Below, piece after piece: positions 39,015 through 47,925 of a DNA stretch of 64,000 bases. The notes under the pieces are model-generated. The model searched no databases. It saw nothing but the letters and a program-made list of their open reading frames with translations, and was not told where the DNA came from. The stretch covers positions 10,943,337 to 11,007,336 of the forward strand of contig CM082586.2 of the NCBI GenBank assembly GCA_040954595.2, given 5' to 3'. Numbering within the stretch: position 1 is the first letter of the stretch; every line of letters starts with the position of its first letter. Position numbers and translations under genes: made by a program. This DNA is from Balanoglossus misakiensis (lineage: Eukaryota > Animalia > Hemichordata).

Positions 39015-40681
39015 CAGAAGTTATAACCGTTCATGACATAGTTGTTGAATCAGGTTTACCAAATTCTCAATTTTGCAGAATACCCGTTTCATCAAATCTT
39101 CAAATCCCAATTTGGCGAGCCGAATTGCAGCAATATGATGACAAAATCATCTGCGATTACCTACAATATGGTTGGCCCGTCTACTATACAGCCTCAGAAT
39201 TGCCATACTCTACAGTGAAAAACCACCCATCAGCTATAAATTACTCGGCGCATGTCGACAACTGGATCATTAACGAAGTCGCAGCCGGGGCTACAGCGGG
39301 TCCGTTCTTAACTAACCCCCTTGCCACACCACTCAGTACTTCCCCCATTCAGACTGTCGAAAAAAAAGATAGTGTTAATCGGCGTATAGTCTTTGATCTT
39401 AGTTCCCCAATCCACCATTCAGTAAATGACGGTATCCCCAAAGGGGAATATCTTGGGGAGAGTTTTCAGCTTCAATATCCTTCCATTGATGATTTCACTG
39501 CAATGATGACCCGTAAGGGCAGGGGATGCCTCCTATTTAAGCGCGATTTAAGCAGAGCTTATCGGCAAATACCAGTCGATCCAGCGGACTACCATTTGCT
39601 GGGCTACACGTGGCGTAATTTATTGTTCTTTGACCTTACATTGCCATTTGGCTTGCGAACCGCAGCGCTAGCCTGCCAGCGCACCACTAATGCGGTTTCT
39701 TATATCTATTCCACGAAAGGGTATGACTGTGTTAATTACCTTGACGACTTCGGTGGTGCAGAGACCTCCAACAAAGCCCACAAGGCATTTGCGGAGCTAG
39801 GTGACACGCTGGATAGACTGGGTTTGCAAGAAGCCAAACACAAAGCGGTGCCCCCGTCATCAATCATGACTTTTCTTGGAATCCAGTTGAACTCCCTTAC
39901 AATGACTATGGAAGTTACTCCTGACCGGCTTAATGAAATAGAGCAAGAGCTGGGTGTATGGGTCACTAAAACAAAAGCAACTAAGCGCGAGCTGCAATCA
40001 CTCATAGGCAAGCTTTCCTTTATTGCCAAATGTGTCAAGCCTGGTAGGCTATTCCTGGCGAGAATGCTAGATGTGTTGCGTACCGTCACCCGCAATCACT
40101 ACCATATCTATCTAAACAGTGATTTCAAGGCAGATCTACGGTGGTGGATTAATTTCATTAGGGTTTATAATGGGGTGTCTCTCATTAAAGAGTCAGGTTG
40201 GTGCCCGCCAGATGAAATATTTTCTTCGGATGCATGCCCAACAGGGGGAGGGGGGCTTTGCGACAACGAGTATTTCCACGTGGAGTTCCCTGACTTTGTA
40301 AAGGTTGGGGACCCTCACATTAATGCCCTCGAATTACTCACTATTACTATAGCGGCAAAAATTTGGGGTGATAGATGGTCTGGAAAGAAAATACAGGTCT
40401 CTTGCGACAACCAGGCAACAGTTTGGGTCATTAATACCGGTAGAGCTAGGGATAAACTAATGCTGTCTTGCTTGAGGGAATTATGGCTGGTAGCAGCGAT
40501 TCACGAGTTTGAGCTACGTGCTGTGCACATCGCAGGCACCGAGAACCGGCTGGCTGATGCGCTCAGTCGCTGGCATCTTGACCCAAGTTATGAGCAACTC
40601 TTCAAATCATCTGTTAATATTTCTCAAATGACCGAGCACCCAGTCGCCGAGGATGACATTCGCTTTCTCAATGAGTGGTGA
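38342..40681 (+). CDS. Reverse transcriptase-RNase H, unit 2
   Basis: RT motifs RRIVFDLS, KRDLSRAYRQIP, LPFGL, NYLDDF, FLGI. DIRS-type RNase H motifs SDAC, HINALEL, CDNQ, NRLADALSR. True start uncertain (TTG in the track; first ATG at 38402). Confidence 0.9.
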   Translation: MNHRVKSAGTECNINDFYTLMGITDQAVHKCDRSVQTDMEIDISRSLSMCNPEVLRDAIVNPSSISEPVLSIDEPVTCTIANVASEHTGCFDTSVSRDNVDKYLCKTHTVDLIEPDIETDLDKQIPIESLAHTVGDTTEFACEISAHGSSDGMISDDHDVFVSDMFTVENVPNMGPPNPTLVDHSVPDTYPLGNDMQYSELSDTPVGGDVCPPSSWPQASPPDLTEVITVHDIVVESGLPNSQFCRIPVSSNLQIPIWRAELQQYDDKIICDYLQYGWPVYYTASELPYSTVKNHPSAINYSAHVDNWIINEVAAGATAGPFLTNPLATPLSTSPIQTVEKKDSVNRRIVFDLSSPIHHSVNDGIPKGEYLGESFQLQYPSIDDFTAMMTRKGRGCLLFKRDLSRAYRQIPVDPADYHLLGYTWRNLLFFDLTLPFGLRTAALACQRTTNAVSYIYSTKGYDCVNYLDDFGGAETSNKAHKAFAELGDTLDRLGLQEAKHKAVPPSSIMTFLGIQLNSLTMTMEVTPDRLNEIEQELGVWVTKTKATKRELQSLIGKLSFIAKCVKPGRLFLARMLDVLRTVTRNHYHIYLNSDFKADLRWWINFIRVYNGVSLIKESGWCPPDEIFSSDACPTGGGGLCDNEYFHVEFPDFVKVGDPHINALELLTITIAAKIWGDRWSGKKIQVSCDNQATVWVINTGRARDKLMLSCLRELWLVAAIHEFELRAVHIAGTENRLADALSRWHLDPSYEQLFKSSVNISQMTEHPVAEDDIRFLNEW

Positions 40682-41700
40682 CTGATTTTATTTTTATTTC
40701 AGATCACTGCCAAACTATCCAAGCCTTAGACGCTCAAATCGCTATCTCAATGAGGTCAGCATTAGCGGAAGGAACTCGTCGGAATTTGTCGTCACAGTTG
40801 AAGAGTTACTTCCTGTTTTGTCAGTTTTTCAATTTTACTCCTGTTCCAGCATCTGTTCTTACAGTGTGTAGATTTATCCAGTTTCTTGCAAGATCAGTAA
40901 CTGCTACTGGCACCATTCAGAATTATTTGTACGCAATTCGTACCTTGCATAGAATCCATGGCTTCACGCCATTGGCCGCTGATCAGTATGTTGTCAAATT
41001 ACTTTTGAAATGTCTTTCCCGTAGCACTTTCCAGCCAGTGAGGCAGAAATTACCCATCACCCCCCAGTTGTTGCTACAGTTTTTCGGGCTTCTAGATGTG
41101 GCTGTTCCATTCGATGTTACTTTGTGGGCATGCCTTTTGATAGGGTTTTTCTCCTTTTTTCGCAAGTCAAATCTTGTTCCGAAGTCTGCAACCGACTTTG
41201 ATCCGGCTAAACACCTCTGTAGGGGTAAAGTCATTTCCTCAGATTCTGGCCTTATAATCGGCGTGACTTGGTCAAAAACCATTCAGTTTCGCGTACGCTG
41301 TTTGACTATTCCACTTGCCCGCATTCCAGGTTCGGTGTTGTGCCCTTTACAGGCATACAATCACATGTGTGAGATCATCCCAGCCCCACCCTCTAGCCCA
41401 GCATTTGTTTTTCCCAAATGTGGCAAATTGGTCCCCTTGACCCATTCAGGGCTGGTGAAAAGTATCAAATGTTTAGTTCAGAGGGCAGGCTTTCCTGCTG
41501 ACATGTACTCGGGTCACAGCCTCCGTCGTGGGGGTGCAACCTTTGCATTCGAAAGTGGGGTCCCTGGGGAGCTTATCAAACTCCAAGGGGATTGGCAATC
41601 CAGCGCGTATCTCCGTTATCTTAACATTCCATTTCAGACTCGTTATCTGGTGTCCTTTCAAATGGGTCAGCATATTAAAGACATCTCCGCGTCACACTGA
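40675..41700 (+). CDS. Tyrosine recombinase, unit 2
   Basis: Catalytic set R (FFRKSNL), K (SKT), HxxR (GHSLRRGGA), W (GDWQS), Y (YLRY). Start uncertain; may be spliced in at 40703. Confidence 0.92.
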   Translation: MVTDFIFISDHCQTIQALDAQIAISMRSALAEGTRRNLSSQLKSYFLFCQFFNFTPVPASVLTVCRFIQFLARSVTATGTIQNYLYAIRTLHRIHGFTPLAADQYVVKLLLKCLSRSTFQPVRQKLPITPQLLLQFFGLLDVAVPFDVTLWACLLIGFFSFFRKSNLVPKSATDFDPAKHLCRGKVISSDSGLIIGVTWSKTIQFRVRCLTIPLARIPGSVLCPLQAYNHMCEIIPAPPSSPAFVFPKCGKLVPLTHSGLVKSIKCLVQRAGFPADMYSGHSLRRGGATFAFESGVPGELIKLQGDWQSSAYLRYLNIPFQTRYLVSFQMGQHIKDISASH

Positions 41701-42031
41701 TTTTACTGTGGCACTAGCAGAGAGGCGGACCGGGTTTGGCAGTGGTTGGGCCTGCAAGAGCCCCCAGTTCACGTAAATAAATAATGGCTCTTGCCTTCAG
41801 CTGCCAAACCTGTGTCCTTGGTTTGTGTGTTAGAGAGATCTCAAGTAATTTAGGTAACATTGCGATCAACGGCATAATGTTACCCAATTAAGCAACTCGA
41901 AAAGGGGCGCCCTCAACCTCAAACGAGCCTCAAAAATCCCATAATCCATCACTCACGGCCACTTCAAGGGTTCGGAGCGTGTCCTGCAGTGCACGCTCTC
42001 TCTGCCTCAATTTCAATTTCTCACCGTTATT

Positions 42032-43948
42032 ATGGAGAACGCTGAACAACAGCTGCTGGATTTGGGAATAGAGCCCAGTCCAGTCGCCAAAAAGGGACCT
42101 GCAACCCGCAGTAAGACTACGACAAGAGCATCGACCGGTCGAAAAGTTCGCGTGGTCCCCCCCACCAAACTTTCCAAAGTACCAATGGCGTCAGCTCGTT
42201 CGAAAGGCGGGAAATGTAGCAAACCTGTCAAGGAAGAAGACACTTCATCTGACGGGGAAGATGTGAGGTCAGAGAAAGAGAAGTTGCAGGCGGAGATAGC
42301 GAGACTGCAGGAGCAATCTGAAGTAGACAATTTAAGAAAACAACTAAAAGAAATGAAACTGGAGAAGGAACGACGCAGCCCGCCAGCTGCTTCGAGCGGA
42401 AGTCCCAGAAGTCACGACCTGAGTCAACTCACGCTACCCGATCTCAAGAGGATGGCGAAAGAAGACTCACAATTGCAGTGGTCGTTACCATCAGGCAGTC
42501 CGTGGCTACCAGCGACAGGGGCCGCTGGCGGCGGTGAAGACCTCCAACCGAACCAACTCCTGGCACAGTCCGGTTTATACACAGCAGCGCAGAGCAAAGC
42601 AGGTAACGTACCAATGAAATCGATGCGGTTCAACACCAGAACCGATCGTGTGCGACAGCACGTCCTATGGCCGCACATGTTCGTCAGGGCTCGGACATTC
42701 TCGGGCGCCCCACCAAAATTCGATGATATGTCAATGGCGGAATTTGTGGAAGGTAATCTTGCGATAGTGCAACTTCCTACTTTGAGTGACACAGAGAAAC
42801 AGCAGCGATTACAACACTTACAGTCGCTTATGAAAGACGCCAATTTGTTCCCCTGGGACGCCATCTTGAAGTTCGAGGGCGCGCTCCTCTCTGACATGGA
42901 GTCAGGACTCAGAACATGGGCAAATGACACCGCAGATCTGAGAGAGCTATATTTGCTGCCGCGTATCGGCGAGATCAGACGGGATAAAACAGCGGACAAA
43001 TCCAAAAAGAAGGATCAGATTAATGTATGTTTCAAATACCAAAGTAACAAGTGCGAGAAGGAGGATTGCGCATTCAAACACATATGTGAAGCCTGCATGA
43101 AGTTGCGTAACAACCTGGCCAAGCATCCCAAGATTGCCAGCCCCTGGAAGGATAAGGCCTTTAGAGAGCAAGAGAGCAACAAGTTGACCGATAGTTCTGG
43201 CAAAGCAGAGGTAGATAAGTCTAAACAAGACTCTCATGACTGTGACAGCAATTTAATTCCTAAATTGAACCATAGAGTCAAAAGTGCAGGCACGGAGTGT
43301 AATATCAATGACTTTTATACATTGATGGGCATCACAGATCAGGCAGTGCACAAGTGTGATCGCTCTGTACAAACTGACATGGAGATTGATATTTCAAGAA
43401 GCCTGTCAATGTGCAACCCGGAGGTTTTGCGGGATGCTATTGTTAACCCTAGTAGTATTTCTGAACCAGTGCTTTCGATTGACGAGCCAGTAACATGTAC
43501 CATTGCCAATGTTGCCTCTGAACACACAGGTTGTTTTGATACCTCTGTTAGCAGGGATAATGTTGACAAATACCTTTGTAAAACTCATACAGTTGATTTG
43601 ATAGAACCTGATATTGAGACTGATCTTGACAAGCAAATCCCTATTGAATCACTAGCCCATACCGTCGGTGATACCACTGAATTTGCATGTGAGATTAGCG
43701 CTCATGGTTCATCTGACGGTATGATCAGTGATGACCACGATGTCTTTGTTAGTGATATGTTTACTGTGGAAAATGTTCCAAATATGGGGCCTCCCAACCC
43801 CACCCTTGTTGATCACAGTGTTCCAGACACTTATCCACTGGGCAATGATATGCAGTATTCTGAGTTATCAGATACTCCCGTGGGCGGGGATGTCTGTCCC
43901 CCGTCGTCATGGCCACAAGCGTCACCCCTTGATTTAAAGCAGAGGTAG
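42032..43948 (+). CDS. Gag-like protein, unit 3
   Basis: Near-identical to 36375-38291. Confidence 0.8.
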   Translation: MENAEQQLLDLGIEPSPVAKKGPATRSKTTTRASTGRKVRVVPPTKLSKVPMASARSKGGKCSKPVKEEDTSSDGEDVRSEKEKLQAEIARLQEQSEVDNLRKQLKEMKLEKERRSPPAASSGSPRSHDLSQLTLPDLKRMAKEDSQLQWSLPSGSPWLPATGAAGGGEDLQPNQLLAQSGLYTAAQSKAGNVPMKSMRFNTRTDRVRQHVLWPHMFVRARTFSGAPPKFDDMSMAEFVEGNLAIVQLPTLSDTEKQQRLQHLQSLMKDANLFPWDAILKFEGALLSDMESGLRTWANDTADLRELYLLPRIGEIRRDKTADKSKKKDQINVCFKYQSNKCEKEDCAFKHICEACMKLRNNLAKHPKIASPWKDKAFREQESNKLTDSSGKAEVDKSKQDSHDCDSNLIPKLNHRVKSAGTECNINDFYTLMGITDQAVHKCDRSVQTDMEIDISRSLSMCNPEVLRDAIVNPSSISEPVLSIDEPVTCTIANVASEHTGCFDTSVSRDNVDKYLCKTHTVDLIEPDIETDLDKQIPIESLAHTVGDTTEFACEISAHGSSDGMISDDHDVFVSDMFTVENVPNMGPPNPTLVDHSVPDTYPLGNDMQYSELSDTPVGGDVCPPSSWPQASPLDLKQR

Positions 43949-44671
43949 ATAAGTCTAAACAAGACTCTCATGACTGTGACAGCAATTTAATTCCTAAATT
44001 GAACCATAGAGTCAAAAGTGCAGGCACGGAGTGTAATATCAATGACTTTTATACATTGATGGGCATCACAGATCAGGCAGTGCACAAGTGTGATCGCTCT
44101 GTACAAACTGACATGGAGATTGATATTTCAAGAAGCCTGTCAATGTGCAACCCGGAGGTTTTGCGGGATGCTAGTGTTAACCCTAGTAGTATTTCTGAAC
44201 CAGTGCTTTCGATTGACGAGCCAGTAACATGTACCATTGCCAATGTTGCCTCTGAACACACAGGTTGTTTTGATACCTCTGTTAGCAGGGATAATGTTGA
44301 CAAATACCTTTGTAAAACTCATACAGTTGATTTGATAGAACCTGATATTGAGACTGATCTTGACAAGCAAATCCCCATTGAATCACTAGCCCATACCGTC
44401 GGTGATACCACTGAATTTGCATGTGAGATTAGCGCTCATGGTTCATCTGACGGTATGATCAGTGATGACCACGATGTCTTTGTTAGTGATATGTTTACTG
44501 TGGAAAATGTTCCAAATATGGGGCCTCCCAACCCCACCCTTGTTGATCACAGTGTTCCAGACACTTATCCACTGGGCAATGATATGCAGTATTCTGAGTT
44601 ATCAGATACTCCCGTGGGCGGGGATGTCTGTCCCCCGTCGTCATGGCCACAAGCGTCACCCCCTGATTTAA
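43204..44671 (+). repeat. 734-bp tandem duplication in unit 3
   Basis: Same junction gatttaa|agcagagg at 43937/43938. Confidence 0.93.
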
Positions 44672-46338
44672 CAGAAGTTATAACCGTTCATGACATAGTT
44701 GTTGAATCAGGTTTACCAAATTCTCAATTTTGCAGAATACCCGTTTCATCAAATCTTCAAATCCCAATTTGGCGAGCCGAATTGCAGCAATATGATGACA
44801 AAATCATCTGCGATTACCTACAATATGGTTGGCCCGTCTACTATACAGCCTCAGAATTGCCATACTCTACAGTGAAAAACCACCCATCAGCTATAAATTA
44901 CTCGGCGCATGTCGACAACTGGATCATTAACGAAGTCGCAGCCGGGGCTACAGCGGGTCCGTTCTTAACTAACCCCCTTGCCACACCACTCAGTACTTCC
45001 CCCATTCAGACTGTCGAAAAAAAAGATAGTGTTAATCGGCGTATAGTCTTTGATCTTAGTTCCCCAATCCACCATTCAGTAAATGACGGTATCCCCAAAG
45101 GGGAATATCTTGGGGAGAGTTTTCAGCTTCAATATCCTTCCATTGATGATTTCACTGCAATGATGACCCGTAAGGGCAGGGGATGCCTCCTATTTAAGCG
45201 CGATTTAAGCAGAGCTTATCGGCAAATACCAGTCGATCCAGCGGACTACCATTTGCTGGGCTACACGTGGCGTAATTTATTGTTCTTTGACCTTACATTG
45301 CCATTTGGCTTGCGAACCGCAGCGCTAGCCTGCCAGCGCACCACTAATGCGGTTTCTTATATCTATTCCACGAAAGGGTATGACTGTGTTAATTACCTTG
45401 ACGACTTCGGTGGTGCAGAGACCTCCAACAAAGCCCACAAGGCATTTGCGGAGGTAGGTGACACGCTGGATAGACTGGGTTTGCAAGAAGCCAAACACAA
45501 AGCGGTGCCCCCGTCATCAATCATGACTTTTCTTGGAATCCAGTTGAACTCCCTTACAATGACTATGGAAGTTACTCCTGACCGGCTTAATGAAATAGAG
45601 CAAGAGCTGGGTGTATGGGTCACTAAAACAAAAGCAACTAAGCGCGAGCTGCAATCACTCATAGGCAAGCTTTCCTTTATTGCCAAATGTGTCAAGCCTG
45701 GTAGGCTATTCCTGGCGAGAATGCTAGATGTGTTGCGTACCGTCACCCGCAATCACTACCATATCTATCTAAACAGTGATTTCAAGGCAGATCTACGGTG
45801 GTGGATTAATTTCATTAGGGTTTATAATGGGGTGTCTCTCATTAAAGAGTCAGGTTGGTGCCCGCCAGATGAAATATTTTCTTCGGATGCATGCCCAACA
45901 GGGGGAGGGGGGCTTTGCGACAACGAGTATTTCCACGTGGAGTTCCCTGACTTTGTAAAGGTTGGGGACCCTCACATTAATGCCCTCGAATTACTCACTA
46001 TTACTATAGCGGCAAAAATTTGGGGTGATAGATGGTCTGGAAAGAAAATACAGGTCTCTTGCGACAACCAGGCAACAGTTTGGGTCATTAATACCGGTAG
46101 AGCTAGGGATAAACTAATGCTGTCTTGCTTGAGGGAATTATGGCTGGTAGCAGCGATTCACGAGTTTGAGCTACGTGCTGTGCACATCGCAGGCACCGAG
46201 AACCGGCTGGCTGATGCGCTCAGTCGCTGGCATCTTGACCCAAGTTATGAGCAACTCTTCAAATCATCTGTTAATATTTCTCAAATGACCGAGCACCCAG
46301 TCGCCGAGGATGACATTCGCTTTCTCAATGAGTGGTGA
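43999..46338 (+). CDS. Reverse transcriptase-RNase H, unit 3
   Basis: Same RT (YLDD) and RNase H motifs as unit 2. Confidence 0.9.
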   Translation: MNHRVKSAGTECNINDFYTLMGITDQAVHKCDRSVQTDMEIDISRSLSMCNPEVLRDASVNPSSISEPVLSIDEPVTCTIANVASEHTGCFDTSVSRDNVDKYLCKTHTVDLIEPDIETDLDKQIPIESLAHTVGDTTEFACEISAHGSSDGMISDDHDVFVSDMFTVENVPNMGPPNPTLVDHSVPDTYPLGNDMQYSELSDTPVGGDVCPPSSWPQASPPDLTEVITVHDIVVESGLPNSQFCRIPVSSNLQIPIWRAELQQYDDKIICDYLQYGWPVYYTASELPYSTVKNHPSAINYSAHVDNWIINEVAAGATAGPFLTNPLATPLSTSPIQTVEKKDSVNRRIVFDLSSPIHHSVNDGIPKGEYLGESFQLQYPSIDDFTAMMTRKGRGCLLFKRDLSRAYRQIPVDPADYHLLGYTWRNLLFFDLTLPFGLRTAALACQRTTNAVSYIYSTKGYDCVNYLDDFGGAETSNKAHKAFAEVGDTLDRLGLQEAKHKAVPPSSIMTFLGIQLNSLTMTMEVTPDRLNEIEQELGVWVTKTKATKRELQSLIGKLSFIAKCVKPGRLFLARMLDVLRTVTRNHYHIYLNSDFKADLRWWINFIRVYNGVSLIKESGWCPPDEIFSSDACPTGGGGLCDNEYFHVEFPDFVKVGDPHINALELLTITIAAKIWGDRWSGKKIQVSCDNQATVWVINTGRARDKLMLSCLRELWLVAAIHEFELRAVHIAGTENRLADALSRWHLDPSYEQLFKSSVNISQMTEHPVAEDDIRFLNEW

Positions 46339-47357
46339 CTGATTTTATTTTTATTTCAGATCACTGCCAAACTATCCAAGCCTTAGACGCTCAAATCGCT
46401 ATCTCAATGAGGTCAGCATTAGCGGAAGGAACTCGTCGGAATTTGTCGTCACAGTTGAAGAGTTACTTCCTGTTTTGTCAGTTTTTCAATTTTACTCCTG
46501 TTCCAGCATCTGTTCTTACAGTGTGTAGATTTATCCAGTTTCTTGCAAGATCAGTAACTGCTACTGGCACCATTCAGAATTATTTGTACGCAATTCGTAC
46601 CTTGCATAGAATCCATGGCTTCACGCCATTGGCCGCTGATCAGTATGTTGTCAAATTACTTTTGAAATGTCTTTCCCGTAGCACTTTCCAGCCAGTGAGG
46701 CAGAAATTACCCATCACCCCCCAGTTGTTGCTACAGTTTTTCGGGCTTCTAGATGTGGCTGTTCCATTCGATGTTACTTTGTGGGCATGCCTTTTGATAG
46801 GGTTTTTCTCCTTTTTTCGCAAGTCAAATCTTGTTCCGAAGTCTGCAACCGACTTTGATCCGGCTAAACACCTCTGTAGGGGTAAAGTCATTTCCTCAGA
46901 TTCTGGCCTTATAATCGGCGTGACTTGGTCAAAAACCATTCAGTTTCGCGAACGCTGTTTGACTATTCCACTTGCCCACATTCCAGGTTCGGTGTTGTGC
47001 CCTTTACAGGCATACAATCACATGTGTGAGATCATCCCAGCCCCACCCTCTAGCCCAGCATTTGTTTTTCCCAAATGTGGCAAATTGGTCCCCTTGACCC
47101 ATTCAGGGCTGGTGAAAAGTATCAAATGTTTAGTTCAGAGGGCAGGCTTTCCTGCTGACATGTACTCAGGTCACAGCCTCCGTCGTGGGGGTGCAACCTT
47201 TGCATTCGAAAGTGGGGTCCCTGGGGAGCTTATCAAACTCCAAGGGGATTGGCAATCCAGCGCGTATCTCCGTTATCTTAACATTCCATTTCAGACTCGT
47301 TATCTGGTGTCCTTTCAAATGGGTCAGCATCTTAAAGACATCTCCGCGTCACACTGA
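46332..47357 (+). CDS. Tyrosine recombinase, unit 3
   Basis: Intact R-K-HxxR-W-Y motifs. Confidence 0.92.
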   Translation: MVTDFIFISDHCQTIQALDAQIAISMRSALAEGTRRNLSSQLKSYFLFCQFFNFTPVPASVLTVCRFIQFLARSVTATGTIQNYLYAIRTLHRIHGFTPLAADQYVVKLLLKCLSRSTFQPVRQKLPITPQLLLQFFGLLDVAVPFDVTLWACLLIGFFSFFRKSNLVPKSATDFDPAKHLCRGKVISSDSGLIIGVTWSKTIQFRERCLTIPLAHIPGSVLCPLQAYNHMCEIIPAPPSSPAFVFPKCGKLVPLTHSGLVKSIKCLVQRAGFPADMYSGHSLRRGGATFAFESGVPGELIKLQGDWQSSAYLRYLNIPFQTRYLVSFQMGQHLKDISASH

Positions 47358-47507
47358 TTTTACTGTGGCACTAGCAGAGAGGCGGACCGGGTTTGGCAGT
47401 GGTTGGGCCTGCAAGAGCCCCCAGTTCACGTAAATAAATAATGGCTCTTGCCTTCAGCTGCCAAACCTGTGTCCTTGGTTTGTGTGTTAGAGAGATCTCA
47501 AGTAATT

Positions 47508-47925
47508 TAGGTAACATTGCGATCAACGGCATAATGTTACCCAATTAAGCAACTCGAAAAGGGGCGCCCTCAACCTCAAACGAGCCTCAAAAATCCCATA
47601 ATCCATCACTCACGACCACTTCAAGGGTTCTGAGCGTGTCCTGCAATGCTCGCTCTCTCTGCCTCAATTTCCCCACCCGCCCGCCCTCAACAAATAAGAT
47701 GTGTATTTGCAGATTTACAGTGGTTCTCTGGTCAATACTGTACTTCACGATTGTAACCTTTTTCATCCATGTATTTTGCAATGGTCCTTTCATCATTGCG
47801 AGTTGTTATTCCCAGTTGTGTTGGGCCTGCAAGAGCACCCAGTTCACGTAAATAAATAATGGCTCTTGCCTTCAGCTGCCAAACCTGTGTCCTTGTTTTG
47901 TGTGTTAGAGAGATCTCAAATAATT
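47508..47925 (+). repeat. Terminal A-spacer-B module of the YR retrotransposon
   Basis: A at 47508-47671, unique spacer at 47672-47819, B at 47820-47925; the satellite then resumes with gggtaaaatc. Confidence 0.9.

Larger units (their letters stand above)
36194..41850 (+). mobile_element. YR retrotransposon unit 2 (5657 bp)
   Basis: A-gag-(734-bp duplication)-RT/RH-YR-B. Confidence 0.92.
41851..47507 (+). mobile_element. YR retrotransposon unit 3 (5657 bp)
   Basis: Colinear with unit 2 at offset 5657, with scattered substitutions. Confidence 0.92.
31283..47925 (+). mobile_element. Tandem array of Ngaro/PAT-type tyrosine-recombinase (DIRS order) retrotransposon: A-ORFs-B-A-ORFs-B-A-ORFs-B-A-spacer-B
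   Basis: Encodes gag zinc fingers, RT (YLDD), RNase H and a tyrosine recombinase, with no DDE integrase or aspartic protease. Split direct repeats A (164 bp) and B (106 bp). Satellite on both sides and no clear target-site duplication. Confidence 0.93.

Noticed and set aside
31464-47357. Bacterial retron, DGR or prophage integrase module (RT plus tyrosine recombinase)
   Set aside because: gag zinc fingers, DIRS-type RT/RNase H, split direct repeats and the eukaryotic context identify a YR retrotransposon.
31445-47433. Antisense and alternative-frame ORFs within the retrotransposon units
   Set aside because: Shadows of the real ORFs, repeated only because the units are duplicated; no motifs.
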